From contig CM052816.1 in assembly GCA_028534125.1 (NCBI GenBank), positions 28,894,001-28,958,000 of the forward strand: 64,000 nt of DNA. The letters run 5' to 3'. The notes below the pieces were generated by a model, which ran no database searches, was not told the DNA's origin, and saw only the letters and a list, made by a program, of their open reading frames with translations. The translations under genes were made by a program, and so were the position numbers. Below are positions 23,746 to 36,829 of the stretch, one piece after another; within the stretch, counting starts at the first letter, position 1, and every line of letters starts with the position of its first letter. This stretch comes from Lama glama. Taxonomy: Eukaryota.

Positions 23746-25879
23746 TACTTGCCTCTGATCAATTCTGCCCTTCTTTCCTCTCCAGCATCCATATATTGCA
23801 AGGGAAATAGACTGGAGGCAGTATTGTCCGCCTCAGGAGGCACTGAGGATTTCTGGTCAAAGGATAATGAGAGGTGGAATTAACATGATTTAATTTCATT
23901 CTTTCAAGCCTTCCTGAATTTTTGTTTACCTTCCTATGTAAAAAGCTACCATGTGGTATCACCTGCTTCCCTTCTCTGAATCACTTAATGAAGATTTGTC
24001 CATACTCCTCATTGGCAATTTGTTTTTCAGTGACAAGCTGACAGTTTTGGTTCATTTAACAAACAACTAATTTCCAACTATTCAAAAACCATGTGGGAAT
24101 GTTGTTTTCCTGAGATAAGGAGATTGTTTTCTAATTGGTCTCTTTTATAGAAAATGTGTTCCTTCCTTGTACACAATGCTCATGTCTGTCTTGTGGCCAG
24201 AGGGATTCTGCAGGTTGACCTCCACGATGCTCACTTTGGAAGCCTGTGGCATTAGTGCAACCTAATGAAAGGCTACTGTCAGGCTTCCCAAATGGCCACT
24301 GAATTCATTAGCTTCTAACCTATTCCACAGGGAAAACACTTAAACATACATATAAGCAACTGTGCAAAATACAACTTTGCACTATTTTCTGGTGACTTTG
24401 TTTAGTTTTAGATGTGATGCTTAATGAATATAATTTAGACTATTCTTAAGTTCAATATTTACAGTTTCAGTTTCACATGGAAATGTTTTATCATTTTAAA
24501 TATATTAACAAGAGATGGATAGCAATTCATGCTAGTGGCTAAAGAGACAGATTTTTTCCCCTTTCTTCAGTTATTTATTTATTTACACATTCATCTGAAA
24601 ATACTAAATAACCACATTCCATACTTAGTTTTGTCCTGAGAATGAGGTGAACTTGAATGAAATGACCCTACTCTAAGAAAGCTTATCATTTAATGAATTC
24701 AACTCAAATATTGCAAAAGAGCATTGTTATTTGGAATCTTAAGATCCGCCTTACGCTAATTATCACTGCTCTTCCATTTTAGACCAAGAGTTATTCACCT
24801 TTCTGAGCCCTGTAAATGGATGGAGAAGAGGAAGTGGGAGAGTTGGAATAGAAATTGCAACTATGAACCCTGTTTGCTTCATAGCTTTGCCCTGGACGCA
24901 GTACAGTCCAAGTCAAGTAAAGTAAACAATACTCCTTGGAAATTTGCCTGAAAACTTCATTGCCTTGATTGATCAGATTCTTCCTCTCCCTGGATTCCCC
25001 TTAAACCTGTGAGGTGAATCTCTGCCCAAGTGACTTCAGATCCAGCAGCCACTATAGCAACACAGGCAAACACAGAACCCGATGAACTCCTCCCTGGAGC
25101 CACAGGCTCTAGAGCTCCACTACTGGGATATACAACTTGAACTACAGACGTTCAGGTTTTGCCATCACTGTCCCGGTCTTTCTGATCGTACTTGTCATCT
25201 AACAATCCAAGCTCTCATTTTAACTGACACAGGGAACTTCAAAATTATTCCTCAGATATTCCTCATATATTCCACACTGGTCAAGAGAACACACATACCA
25301 ATGTATATAAGCAAATTGAGCCCTAAGAACCTGTCTATAGACAAATGCAAATTAAAATTTAGTTAAGGTATATTAAGCAACAGACATCTTTAGAATGCTA
25401 TCTTCAGTTTTTAAAAAAACTTTTCATTTTAGTCTTTAATCAGCTCATAATTCCATTAAAAACTGTTTAACTATTTTACTTTCTATTTTTTATTGTTGTT
25501 GTTCAGTAGAAAGACATTCACGAGATTAGTTAATGGAAGGATATAAAAGCAGATGATATAAAACCTGGAAACTTCAATTATTTTTTTTTCATTTACTTGT
25601 CTTTAAAAATATTTACTCTGTATTACTATAGCAACATCTGTTTTTGCAGGATTATAAGGTATCACATTATATAGTTTTACATCAACATTCTGGTAAGCAC
25701 TCTGGCTCTTAAATGAATTGAATGCCTCTAGCCTTATTTCTAGCGGTATTTCTTTTACTCTGGGAGGAAATCTGTTATCAGCATGTTCCTGATCCTAAAG
25801 TTGCACTGCTTGTAACACTTTCTTTTGTAAATATTGATAAAAGTACATGAACTTAAGGATCCTTATAAAAAGTCATATC

Positions 25880-25990
25880 TGATATTCCAAATTTTCCAAA
25901 TGAGAAGTATAACCCCAAGTAATACAAAGTGATGACTTGTCCAAAGCCACAAAACTGGTTAAGTGTCAGTACAGTTCTGCTAATCCCTGT
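25880..25990 (-). mobile_element. MIR fragment
   Basis: aagtgatgacttgtccaaagccacaaaactggttaagtg. Confidence 0.65.
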
Positions 25991-26274
25991 TTTACTAAGA
26001 GAAAACCAACTGCACTGAATATCTACAACAGCCCTCAGGAGTAACTGCAACTAATTAATGCAAATACATAAAATATGGATTTATTACAAGAAAGAAATAG
26101 CAATGGAACAGTAATAACCCTTCAAGATTGACACAGACAAGTAGCACTGATAATACACAGTGTTGACCAAGTCAGGTGGGAGGTAGGCAGGACAGACAAC
26201 CTTACAAACTACTGATCGGTGTGTAATGCATAAATATGTCTTTGGAGAGCAATAAGCACATTTTTTTTTAACTT

Positions 26275-26490
26275 TCAGCAAGCGATTTCACTTCTAAGAA
26301 CTTATCTTCAGTAACATGCACAAGTGCTCAAATTCTTGAATAAGAATGTTCTTTGCAGCTCTGTCTGAAACAGGAAAATACTGGAAAACATGTGTATGCC
26401 CACCAATAGGGATCAGGTTATATAAATGATGGAATAGCCATAAAGTGGAATAGTCCGTAGCTATTTTGAAATTACATGTAGATATAACAG
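26275..26490 (+). mobile_element. Old L1 (L1ME) fragment
   Basis: atttcacttctaagaacttatc...aagaatgttctttgcagc...tgcccaccaatagggatcaggttatataaatgatgg. Confidence 0.75.
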
Positions 26491-26539
26491 CTTACTAGTA
26501 TCAGTTAGTAAGCTACTACCCAAAGTCGTTTACTCTTCA

Positions 26540-26865
26540 TACTGGTCACAGAACTAGGCTGTATTTTCAGATTACCTTGGCAGGCAGATGTGGCCATGTA
26601 GAGGTCAATGGAATGTGGGCAAAAATGGTATGTGCCTTTGCACAAAAACCTCCTACATTCTACCTCTATGTTCTTTTGATTTAATGCAGAGGAACATAGG
26701 TACCTTGGAAGCCATGTGTTCAAGATCAAAGCTGCTAGAGAAAAGGCCAGGGAGGAAAGCTGGCTACTGATAATGTGAGTAAGAGATACGCTTCTCACGA
26801 GCCAAGCCACCAAGACTCCAGCATTCATCTGCTGAAGCAGCTAACACTACCCTCACCAAAACAGT
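26540..26865 (+). mobile_element. MLT1 (I/J-like) MaLR LTR
   Basis: ccttggcaggcagatgtggccatg...caatggaatgtgggcaaaaatggtatgtgcc...tgagtaagagata...aagccacc. Confidence 0.7.
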
Positions 26866-27099
26866 ACACTCATTTAAGAGATACACAACATATTAAGGAG
26901 GAAAGAAAAGTATGGGGTATCACAAGCAGTATTTCACATTTCTGCCTTAAGAAATATGCATAGATAAATATTCTACGTGCATAAATGGCTTATTGAGAGT
27001 TTAACATGGGAGAAAATAGGAATCCACCTTATGTTACTGTCTTCATGGTGCCTGTTCCCATCACCTCATAGTTTCTGGATCACTTTTAATGCATGAGAA

Positions 27100-28210
27100 T
27101 ATTCTTTAAAAAAATAATGATGATTCATTTTTCAGATACTATAAAATCTAGTTCATTCTAAATCCCAACCACATCTAATGCACCACCTCTTTTCCATTCT
27201 CCACCTCAGGGGTGGGCTGTGGCTTGGAGCCATACAGTGACGGTGGGATGCTGGGTCTCTTCTTCCACTCCCCCTCATTGCTCTGTCACACCCCGTCTCC
27301 CTCTGCTGCTCCTGGATGACCCACTCTGTCAGAGGTCAGGTCAGAAGAAAGGAGGCTCAAGTCTCTCATGTGATTGATGTAATCTGGCCGTATCTGCTGT
27401 CAGCAGAGCAGGCAGTCAAGTGCTGGATGTAATTTAGGGTGGATCATGGCTCTTCCAAGAAAACCTCCATAATCCATACTCCCTGATGTAGGTCTCTCCC
27501 GCCCCAGTTGAGTTCTCATGAAACTCATTTGCTGTCTCCAACTGATATACTCCAAAGACACCCCCCCCCTTACTAGAGTCCTCTCCTCACCATCCTTAGC
27601 TGACTTCTGGGGAGAAGTTTATCAAGATGCTTCAAGCCAAGTTACCATCACTAGTGCCCATTTGGCTTGTGATTAACATACGTCTTCCCACACCAAGTGG
27701 CAGTAGTACAGGTCTGCTCTGTTGCTGCCTTCTCTCCTTACTCTGCTTTGAGGATGCTTCAGGCAAGAAGCAGGCTTCTGTGTCTATGTTTGTGAGCTCC
27801 CTCTCTCCAAGGGATACACGGAAATTTGCTCCATCAACATTCTCACCAAGCTTCATCTTGTTGCCATGGCTGACCCAGGTCCCAGCTGGGAAATACCCAG
27901 AAGAGGAGAGAGATGCTAACCTCTCCTTGAGAAGACTCTCCCTAACAACTAGGAGAGGTCGAATAGAGACACATATGGGTTAGGCTGAGAAAAGTAGGGT
28001 CCCTTTATCTCCCCCCCAAGCAGGGAACAGAGAAAAGACACATCACTCTACACAAGACTCAAATCTGCCCACTCTATCATGCAGATTTTCTTTATCACCT
28101 ACCAGATTTTAGTTCCCTTTTATATACCCTGAAGGTGGGGGGTTGCAACTGATAGTAGCTAGAACATTAGTTTTAGTAATCAAGTATAGAAATTATAGTA
28201 TATCTGTACA
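27100..28210 (-). mobile_element. Probable ancient LTR element (possibly Gypsy-like), family unresolved
   Basis: About 1.1 kb of raised GC, GA-rich on minus, starting TGTACA at 28210 with TATATAAAAGGG near 28120; no recognisable ORF. Confidence 0.4.
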
Positions 28211-28280
28211 GAAACCAAATATACTTTATTTCAAATTTTTTTAAATTCAAAAACCACAGGAAGAACAATTCAATATCCAA

Positions 28281-28309
28281 ATACGTGTGTGCACACGTGC
28301 GTGCGCGTG
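28281..28309. repeat. Alternating purine-pyrimidine tract (Z-DNA-prone)
   Basis: atacgtgtgtgcacacgtgcgtgcgcgtg. Confidence 0.8.
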
Positions 28310-30874
28310 GGTAGAAAGGCTCTTACAAAATAAAATGCTTTGAGGAAGGAGGTCAGACTCTAAGGTGGGAATTATACTCATTTTTCACTGCAAATTCTTT
28401 TATCATGTTCATTTTTTAAGTTTAATAACCCAGTAGTTTTTTAAATAAACAAAATTAAGACTTCACTGGAACTACTTTTTACTGGGTGGTAAGAAATGTC
28501 CTTGGCCATTTTATCCAAAGAAATTGGACATTTGGAAAATTATTGATGTATCCAAGGCTTTATTTAACAGCAGATTTTTTTTCCACCAAAACTGGGTATG
28601 AAACTGAGGTAGTGACTGCAAAGTACCAGAGCAGTCCTATAATTTTGTGGAAAACATCATAAGAGGCCTTTGAGATTCTAGCCACCAGAAAATCTTCCAA
28701 ATGCATTCTCCATCCTGGCCAAGGCAGTGCATGCTGTTTCTGAAGGTAATAGCTTATTGTCTTCATTCCCTTCTACCAATTGTGCCAGGCCACCAAACAG
28801 TAAAAGTGGCACCAATAATTCCCTTATCTGGTGCCAAAAAAGAACTCACACAGTAAGCTGTCACCAATTTTGAACAACACATGTGACTGACTTTTCCAGC
28901 TAGAAATAACGTATATGTCACTCTGAAATTTGAAACATAGTAAAATTTTGTTGATAAAATAAGACTTTGTCATCAACTCTACTAGGAGATTCAATTATTT
29001 TCTTTCTTTTCTATTTACTGTGTTATTGTAATGTATCCTAAAAGTTATGAAGAAGTATGTGTATATACAGATGTATATGAATATACACACACACACACAC
29101 ACACCCATAATCTAATTTCTACTTCTATAATAGTGAAAAAGCCCCACAGTAGAACTTTCACTTCTCAAGAGAATATAACTAATAGCCAGCAGGCCCCAGG
29201 CAGCCTCAAAAATAATTACAAAGATTTAAGAAAAGGGCTTAAAAATAACACCAAATACTAAATCCGAAAATTAATCCATTGCTCTAATCCGGGTGGCCGC
29301 TGAAGCTGAAAAGCAGGAAAGAAAATGTAGAATACATATACTTAGAAAAGCAGGCAAACACATTTTGGGGTAGCTATTAATACCTGGTCACTCCCAAAAA
29401 ATAATGATGCAGGAAAGTGGACCCCAGTCGCTGGTAGTTGACCACTGAATCTTAGGAGAGTCTACACCAGGCAAGAGCTGGGGGCAGGACAGAGAGAAGA
29501 CTCCTAGCTCTAGTGCAGGCTGATGGCTGTACTTGTTTTGCTACTCCAAAGGGTACACATTGCTAGCCAGCAAGCCAGATGTGTTTGGCTCACACAGTGT
29601 GTAATTGTTTATTTTGTTGTTTGGCTGGTTTAGCTGTCATTTACACATCAGAAGTTCCCATTAAAAAATTGGCTTCACCATAAAAAAAGAATTGCAAGAC
29701 CTTTTAACATCAAGGATCCCACATGGTCACGAGAAACTGAAACAGATGAGCTGTGCCTGCCTCAGCCTCCCTGATGTGGAGACTCAACACTTGTGTAACC
29801 TTCTCCCCAGCATTTGTCAGCAACTGAGCTGGAAAACTCTGATGAAAATCTAATGGTTTCAAGTAGGACTTTATAAAACTGTACAATGATGTTATCTCTA
29901 GAAACTTATTGGGGTGTTCATGATGATAAAAGGCAAAAATGGCACATACCATTGACTACTGCATTATATTTGGCTAAAATAATACATGGAAAACAGTAAT
30001 GTAAGCAAAACTGAATTGCTTTGTCAATTCGTATTATTAGAAGACATGTAAAGGCATTGCCAAAAATGTAGAAGTATCAGTATTCAAAGTACGCAGTGGG
30101 AAGATTGATAGGCAGCTGGATAAAAATATAATCCTTTCTAACAACTCAGCTTCTAATATTTGCCAAATTCTGTCTCCACTGTTCTTGGAGAACTTCCTTT
30201 GTGAACAACTATCATAAAGATGTATGGGAAAAGACATGATCAACTACAAAAATTTTTATTTTTAATGGAAAATAAATAATGCATATGAAAAAAATTAGAA
30301 ATACAACCAATGATGAAGTAACTGCTCTGACACACAGACATACATCAATTAAAAAGAAATCCATGGTAAGTTTAAAGAAAAGTGCTTACAGAAAAAGTCA
30401 TTACTGCATCAGGCACAGCTAAAACATTAAGTTAAAGATATAGAATCCAGGAGTACCCAAAGTCTTATGGGAGGACATCAATTGGTTAATTTTATATATC
30501 TATAACATTAGCTACAAGGCTAGTTTTAGAGTTGGATGATTCCAATTCAGTGACTGACTTCATTCCCCTGCATTTTTCTCCACTCCACATTTCTACAGCT
30601 GTTGACAGTAAGATGGATGCAGAAATATAGGTCCTTATGCCAAACAAATGACAATATTCAGAGACATTAGAGACCAACTATTTCAATGGCTTTCTCTTTG
30701 AAATGAGGGATTTTTACAAAAGTACACAGTAACTTTCACTCTGGTCCCATATTATAAATTACATCATGTATCCATTCTTGACCTGTCCCCGTGGTCAGGA
30801 CAATGATGCTACTAAGGACTTAGGCAAGACAGCTTGAGCCAGAGGAAGGTGATACTAAAAGTTGCCTGAGGTTG

Positions 30875-31245
30875 ATTGTGTTCAACTCTTGCTGCTCTTC
30901 AGACTTACCTGGAGTCTGGAGCTTTTAAAGCAATGTCCCTAGCCAAGACACAGAAACAACCTAAATGTCCATGACAGATGACTGGATAAAGAAGGGGTGG
31001 TGTATGTAGACAGTGGAATACTACTCAGTCATTAAAAAGAATAAAATAATGCCACTTGCAGCAACACGGATGGACCTGGAGACTGTCTTACTAAGTGAAG
31101 CCAGAAAGAGAAAGAAAAATACCATCTATCACTTATATGTGGAATCTAAAAAAATGACAAGAACTGATTCACAAAACAGAAACATACAATGACAGAGAAA
31201 GCAATCTCAGGTAATTCTAATTTGCAGCTAGGACTGAGAACCACT
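30875..31245. mobile_element. MER5A1-like MITE split by an L1 fragment
   Basis: Left arm caactcttgctgc...acctggagtctggagcttttaaa; right arm caggtaattctaatttgcagctaggactgagaaccactg. Confidence 0.7.
30941..31185 (+). mobile_element. Young L1 internal fragment truncated at both ends
   Basis: agccaagacacagaaacaacctaaatgtcc...gtggaatctaaaaaaatgacaagaactgattcacaaaacagaaaca; parallels 14313-14535; no poly(A). Confidence 0.9.
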
Positions 31246-32169
31246 GGCTTGTACTAATTAGAACTCACCACTGGAGGTGGAATTAGCTACCAAACTGCAT
31301 GGTAACTGTATCAAGGGGGAAAAATGGTGTTTGAAAATTAACCTCTGTATCCAACAAAACACACACAAAGAAAACTTTCACATGTTTCAAACAACAGAAC
31401 TACAGATCAGATTAAACAAAGGATTGCCAAATTATATGAGGTTTAGGATAAATTATGTTACATGAGTGTCCTAGGTAACTAGTCAAGAAAGAAAACAAAA
31501 GTGCAATTACACATAAACCCTCCAGAGAATAATGAGTATCAAAAAGAACGAACTATAAATGAATTTCATATATCTGAACTTGATATTGGTAGATATACAT
31601 TTAAAGTTCTAAGCTTACTGCTTTGCCAAAAAGCAGTAATTTTCCAACATGATACAGTATTTGCATTGTTTTCTCCTTTTGTCTCCGCCCCCCCACCTCT
31701 TTTCAGTAGAAGCTCTATAGAATCTTTGTGTTTTACATTTAGGACACTTTGTTTTCTTTCCAGTTTAGAGTAATTAATGTTCATTACTTCTATTTTTGAT
31801 AGACTGTAGCTTTCTATTCCTATTCTGAGCTATATCCATAGCTATTAGATATTAATTACTGTGGATGAGAGGAAAGGAGAGAGGGAAAGAGGAGAAACAA
31901 AAAGAGGGAGGGGTGAAAAAGAAATCTTTAGTAATTACAGTCACATGACATTGTTTTTCATTTTATTAACATTCAGTAATCCTGCCATATTCAAGCACAA
32001 AACTAGTTCAAAATTACTTCTTAGAATCTTCAGCTTTCAGATCCATGTTCTCAATGGATAATCAGTGAAATTATCAAACACAAGTCAAGAAGAAATGCAA
32101 TTCAAACCTTTGCCAAGCTGTTCTTCCCAGCAAACTCAATGACTATGTAAAAACAGTACATACCACAGA

Positions 32170-32745
32170 ACAGACATCAAAAGAAAGTTATCAGGCATTA
32201 AAAAGAAAAGGCATTCTAAGAAGATATAGCAATTCTTAATGTGTATGCACCAAATGACAGTATCAAACTCTATGAGGCAAAAGCTGATAGAACTACAAGG
32301 AGAAATAAATGAATCTACTATTACAACTGAAGACTTCAACAACCCTGTGTCAGAACTGGACAGATTCGGCAGGTAGAAAACCAGTAAGGATATATAGCTG
32401 AACTGAACAACACCAAGAATCAACTGGATATAATTGACATCTATAGATTACTTCATCCAAAACAGCAGAGTACACATTTTCTGCAAGCCCCCATGAAATA
32501 TTCACCAAGACAGACCACATTCTGAGCCATAAAACATACCATAACAAATTAAGAAGAACAGAAATCATAAACCACATCTGCTCTCAGATCACAAAGGAGT
32601 TAAATCAATAACAGGGATATAACTGTATAATTCCTAAATGTGTGGCAATTAAAAAAACACACTTCTAAATAACACATGAGTCAAAGACGAAATCTCAAGA
32701 GAAATGTATGACTATTTTGAATTAAATGAAAATGAAAACAGAATG
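32170..32745 (+). mobile_element. L1 (L1MC-like) ORF2 endonuclease region
   Basis: aagaagatatagcaattcttaatgtgtatgcacc...gacttcaacaacc...ttcaccaagacagaccacattctgagccataaa. Confidence 0.88.
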
Positions 32746-32749
32746 TACT

Positions 32750-35700
32750 CGTGGGTGACATCATGACAGCATAAGACATCTCTCATGTTATTTCCCACCC
32801 AACAACAAAAATTCAGCATCAGTCTATGGATAAGAGTGCCTTTGAGGGGGGTGTGAGATCCAGGACCATATACAAAGGTACCTGGAAGTAGTGTCACTCA
32901 CCCACATGGCATGTGACAGGCAGACAGAGCTCAAGCCTAGCTACGTACCATGAACCAGATTGAGTCTCTCTTGGCTGTGGTCCCAGAAGCCCCTGGAGAA
33001 CACTGACTTAGGAAATCACCCATGAATGAGAGAGTCTTTGAGGAAGTCTAAATTTCTATAGAAGAGTTTCAGCACACCACTTGAGCAAAATGAATATGAC
33101 CTTCAATGTACTAGAATAGATAAGAAAAACAATTTGACTTTACCTGCATCACCCTTCATCCAAGGCAGCATGGCTTAGAGCTAACAGAAATCTTCCTCAG
33201 CCTGTGATTTCTCCTGTGGGGAAAAAGGAGAGTATAAGAGTAAGCATCTGACTTCTCTAGCTCTGCAGGATGCTGCTAAAGGGGTTCATTTCACTCTCAC
33301 CCCATTCATAGTACCAAATCATGAACTACATGACTGGGGAGTGGAAAGAGCAGAGGATAGAACACTTGGGGGACATTAAAGGAACACAGATCCTACAAAT
33401 TATAAGGTGGACTCCATTAAGAAGCCCACAAATGAACCAATGGGAGTAACTCACCCATGAATCCCCCGAACTAATCTATGAGCACCTGCACCAATCTGTG
33501 TGCCTTATCCACACACACATGTAGCTTTTCGCCAGCACCCTGTGGATGCTCCTGATGGCAGCAGAAAAATCAGCCTTTGGAAAATGGCAGAAAGTCAGGC
33601 AAATTGGCGAGACTGAGAGAGACCACTTAGTTGAGCTCTAGCATCATGTTTGAGAAAACAAAAGAGAAGCTGTCAGCACTTGGCAATGGGCATTACAGTA
33701 GTCATAGATGGCATAAAGGGTTAAGAATTCTCCACAAGAGAGCAAGAAGCATGGAGCAGGTGTACTCATAGAAGGTCTGAAAGCCTCAGAACAACTATGA
33801 AGACTGACAGAAGGTATCTCTCTCCCTAAGGTGGAGAGTGAAAACTAGAAGAAGTGACTGCTACTTCAAATGCAAAGACAGCCACCCAAAACTTAAAGGA
33901 ACATGAAAAATTAAGACAGCATAACACAATCAAAGGAGCACAATATCTTTCAGTGATTGAATCCAAAGACATGGAGATCTACAACAACCAATACAAGACT
34001 GCTGTTTAAAGGAACACAATGAGCTAAAAGAAAACAGACAATTCCATGAACTCAGAAAAACAATACACTAACAAAATGAGAATTTTAACAAAGAGATAGA
34101 AATCATAAAAATGAACCAAACAGAAATCTGGAGCTGAAGAAAACAATGAACGGAATGAAAATGCAATAGAGAACATCAACAGCACTCTTAAGCACAAGAA
34201 TCAACAAGACTGAAGACAGAAACTCTGAACCTACCCATTCAAAGGAAAACAAAGGAAAAATAAGGAAAAAGAATGGAGAAAACAGATGTTAAGCCAAAAA
34301 CAATAACAAGTGACAAAGAAGGTCACTATATGATGATTGCAGTGATAAAGGGATGTCATATCATTAGGAAGATATATCATAAATATACAAGCACCCAATA
34401 TGGAACTACAAAAAATATACTAAGCAAATACCAACAGATTTGAAGGGATAAAGAGATAGTACAATAATAGTAGGGGACTTCAAAACTCCACATTCAACAA
34501 TGGAAAAATCACACAGATAAAGAATCAACAAGGAGATGTTAGATTTAAACCATACTTGAGACCAACTGAACCTCTAATATGTACACAACATTCCTCCAAC
34601 AACAGTAGTCCCCCACTGTCCAAAGTTTCTGTGGTTTTGGTTACCCACAATCACTATCCAAATTTATTAAATGAAAAATTTGAGAGATAAACGATTTATA
34701 AGTTTTAAATTATGTCCCATTCTGAGTATGATGATGAAATCTCCCACCTTTCTGCTCTGTCTCATCCAAGATGTGAATCATCCCTTTGTCCAGCGTATCC
34801 CACCCCATGAGTCAATTAGTAGCCATCTTCATTACCAGACTGACTGTTGCAGTATCACAGCGCTTGTGTTCGAGAAACTCTTATTTTACTTAATAATGAC
34901 CTCAAAGCATAAGAGTAGTGATGCTAGCAATTTGGATACATTAAAGAGAAACCAAAAATGCTTCCTTTCGGTGAAAAGGTGAAAGTTCTCAATAAAGAAA
35001 GAAAAAAATCATATGATGAGACTGTTAACATCTACAGTAAAAACAAATCCTCCAGTCAAATCATGAAGAAGGAAAAAAAATTCAACCTAGCTTTTCTGTT
35101 GCACCTCAAACTGCAAAAGTTACAGCCACAGTATGTGCTATGTGCTTAGTTAAGATGGAAAAGGCATTAAATTTGTACAAGCTATTTTGAGAGAGAGAAA
35201 AAGAGGCTATGTTCATATAACTTTTGTTACACTTTATGTTATAATTGTTCTATTTTACTGTTAGTTTTTGTTGTGAATCTCTTACAGCACCTAATCTATA
35301 AATTAAACTTTATCATAGGGATGTATGTATAGAAAGAAACATAGTATCTATAGGATTCAGTATATCCACAATTTCAGGAATACACCAAGGATCTTGGAAC
35401 ACAGCCTTCATGGATAAGAGAGGACACCTGTATACATTCTTCAGAAGTGCACAGGAAATATTTTCCATCATACGGTAGGTCTCAAAATAATTCTTAGTAA
35501 ATTTAAGAATCCTAAAATACCAAGTATCTTTTGTAACCACACTGGTATCAAACTAGGAGTCATTAACAAGAGAAATGCTGGAAAATTATCAAATATGTAC
35601 AATTTAAAAAACACTATCCTGTACAACCAATGATTCAAAGAAAGAATCACAAGAGAAACAAAAAGTATCTTGAAACAAATGAAAATGGAAACGCACACAC

Positions 35701-36760
35701 CCACACCTATGTGATGCTGCAAATTCAATTTGAAGAGGAAAGTTATAGTGACAAGCACTTATATTAATAAAAAAGAAAGATCTCACAAATATAACCAACC
35801 TAATTTTACACCTCAAAGAAAAAGAAAATGAACAAATTAAGTCAAAAGTTAGTAGAAGAAAGGATATAACAAAGATTACAGCAGAAATAAATAATATAGA
35901 CTCAAAAACAAATAGAAAAGATCAACAAAACTAAGAGATGATTCTTTGAAAAAATAAACAAAATTGGTAAGTCTCTCACTAGACTAAGAAAAAGATAATT
36001 CTACACCAAATAAAATCAGAAATGAAAGAGGAGACACTACAACTGATACCAGAGGAACACAAAGGGTCATGAGAAACTACCATGAACAACTGTAAATCAA
36101 AAAAAAAAATTGCATCACCTAGAAGAAATGGATAAATTCCTATAAACATACAAACTGCCAAGAAGAGATAATGCAAAAATAGAAAACATGAAAACATAAA
36201 TAATAAGAAGACTAAATCAATAATCAAAAATTTCCCAAGAAAGAAAAGCCCCAGACCAGATGGTTTCACTGTTGAATTATACCAAACATTCAAAGAAGAA
36301 TTAATGCCAATCCTTCTCCAACTCTTGCCAAAAAACAAAAGGGAGGGAACCCTCCCAAACTCATTTTACAAGGTCAGCATCGCCCTGATACCAAAGCAAG
36401 ATAAAGACATTATAAGAAAGGAAAACTAAAGGCCAGTATTCCAGATAAATAAAGATGCAAAACTTCTCAAGAAAATATTATCAAACAGAATTCAACAATA
36501 CATTAAAATTATCATATGCCATGATCAAATAAGATTTGTCCCTGGAATACAGGATGATTCAACATATGTAAATCAATAAACGTGATACACTACATTAATA
36601 GGATGAAAGATTTAAATGATCTAATCATCTAAGTAGATGCAGAAAAAGCATCTGACATAAAACAACATCCTTTCATGATAAAAATGCTCAACAAATCGGG
36701 AATATGAGGAATACACCTCAAAATAACAAAGTCTACATGTGTCAAGTCCACAGCTAATAA
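32750..36760 (+). mobile_element. L1 retaining 5' UTR, partial ORF1 and the 5' half of ORF2 (decayed; 3' end missing)
   Basis: GC-richer 5' UTR 32750-33850; ORF1-like A-rich 33860-34290; ORF2 EN/RT sequence such as aaaagccccagaccagatggtttcactg and gatgcagaaaaagcatctgaca. Confidence 0.85.
34603..35430 (+). mobile_element. MER44 / Tigger7-derived DNA transposon nested in L1 ORF2
   Basis: TIRs cagtagtcccc... and ...tggataagagaggacacctg|ta; ORF 34958 LPFGEKVKVLNKERKKSYDETVNIYSKNKSS is a Tigger transposase N-terminal HTH remnant. Confidence 0.9.
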
Positions 36761-36829
36761 CTGACTTAAATAATTTTGCCTATGTTACACAATTTAAAAA
36801 ACCCTTTACACTTAAATATATATATACAC

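Noticed and set aside
23786..23875. Plus-strand acceptor with an open frame (HPYIAREIDW...)
   Set aside because: No good donor, opposite to the inferred host strand, and the peptide is unrecognised.
24891..24906. cctggacgcagt(a/c)cag also present at 56802
   Set aside because: A 12-16 bp match within 64 kb is compatible with chance and the flanks share nothing.
30037..30243. 68-aa minus ORF beginning at a possible acceptor
   Set aside because: Weak polypyrimidine tract, no recognisable protein; ORFs of this size are expected by chance.
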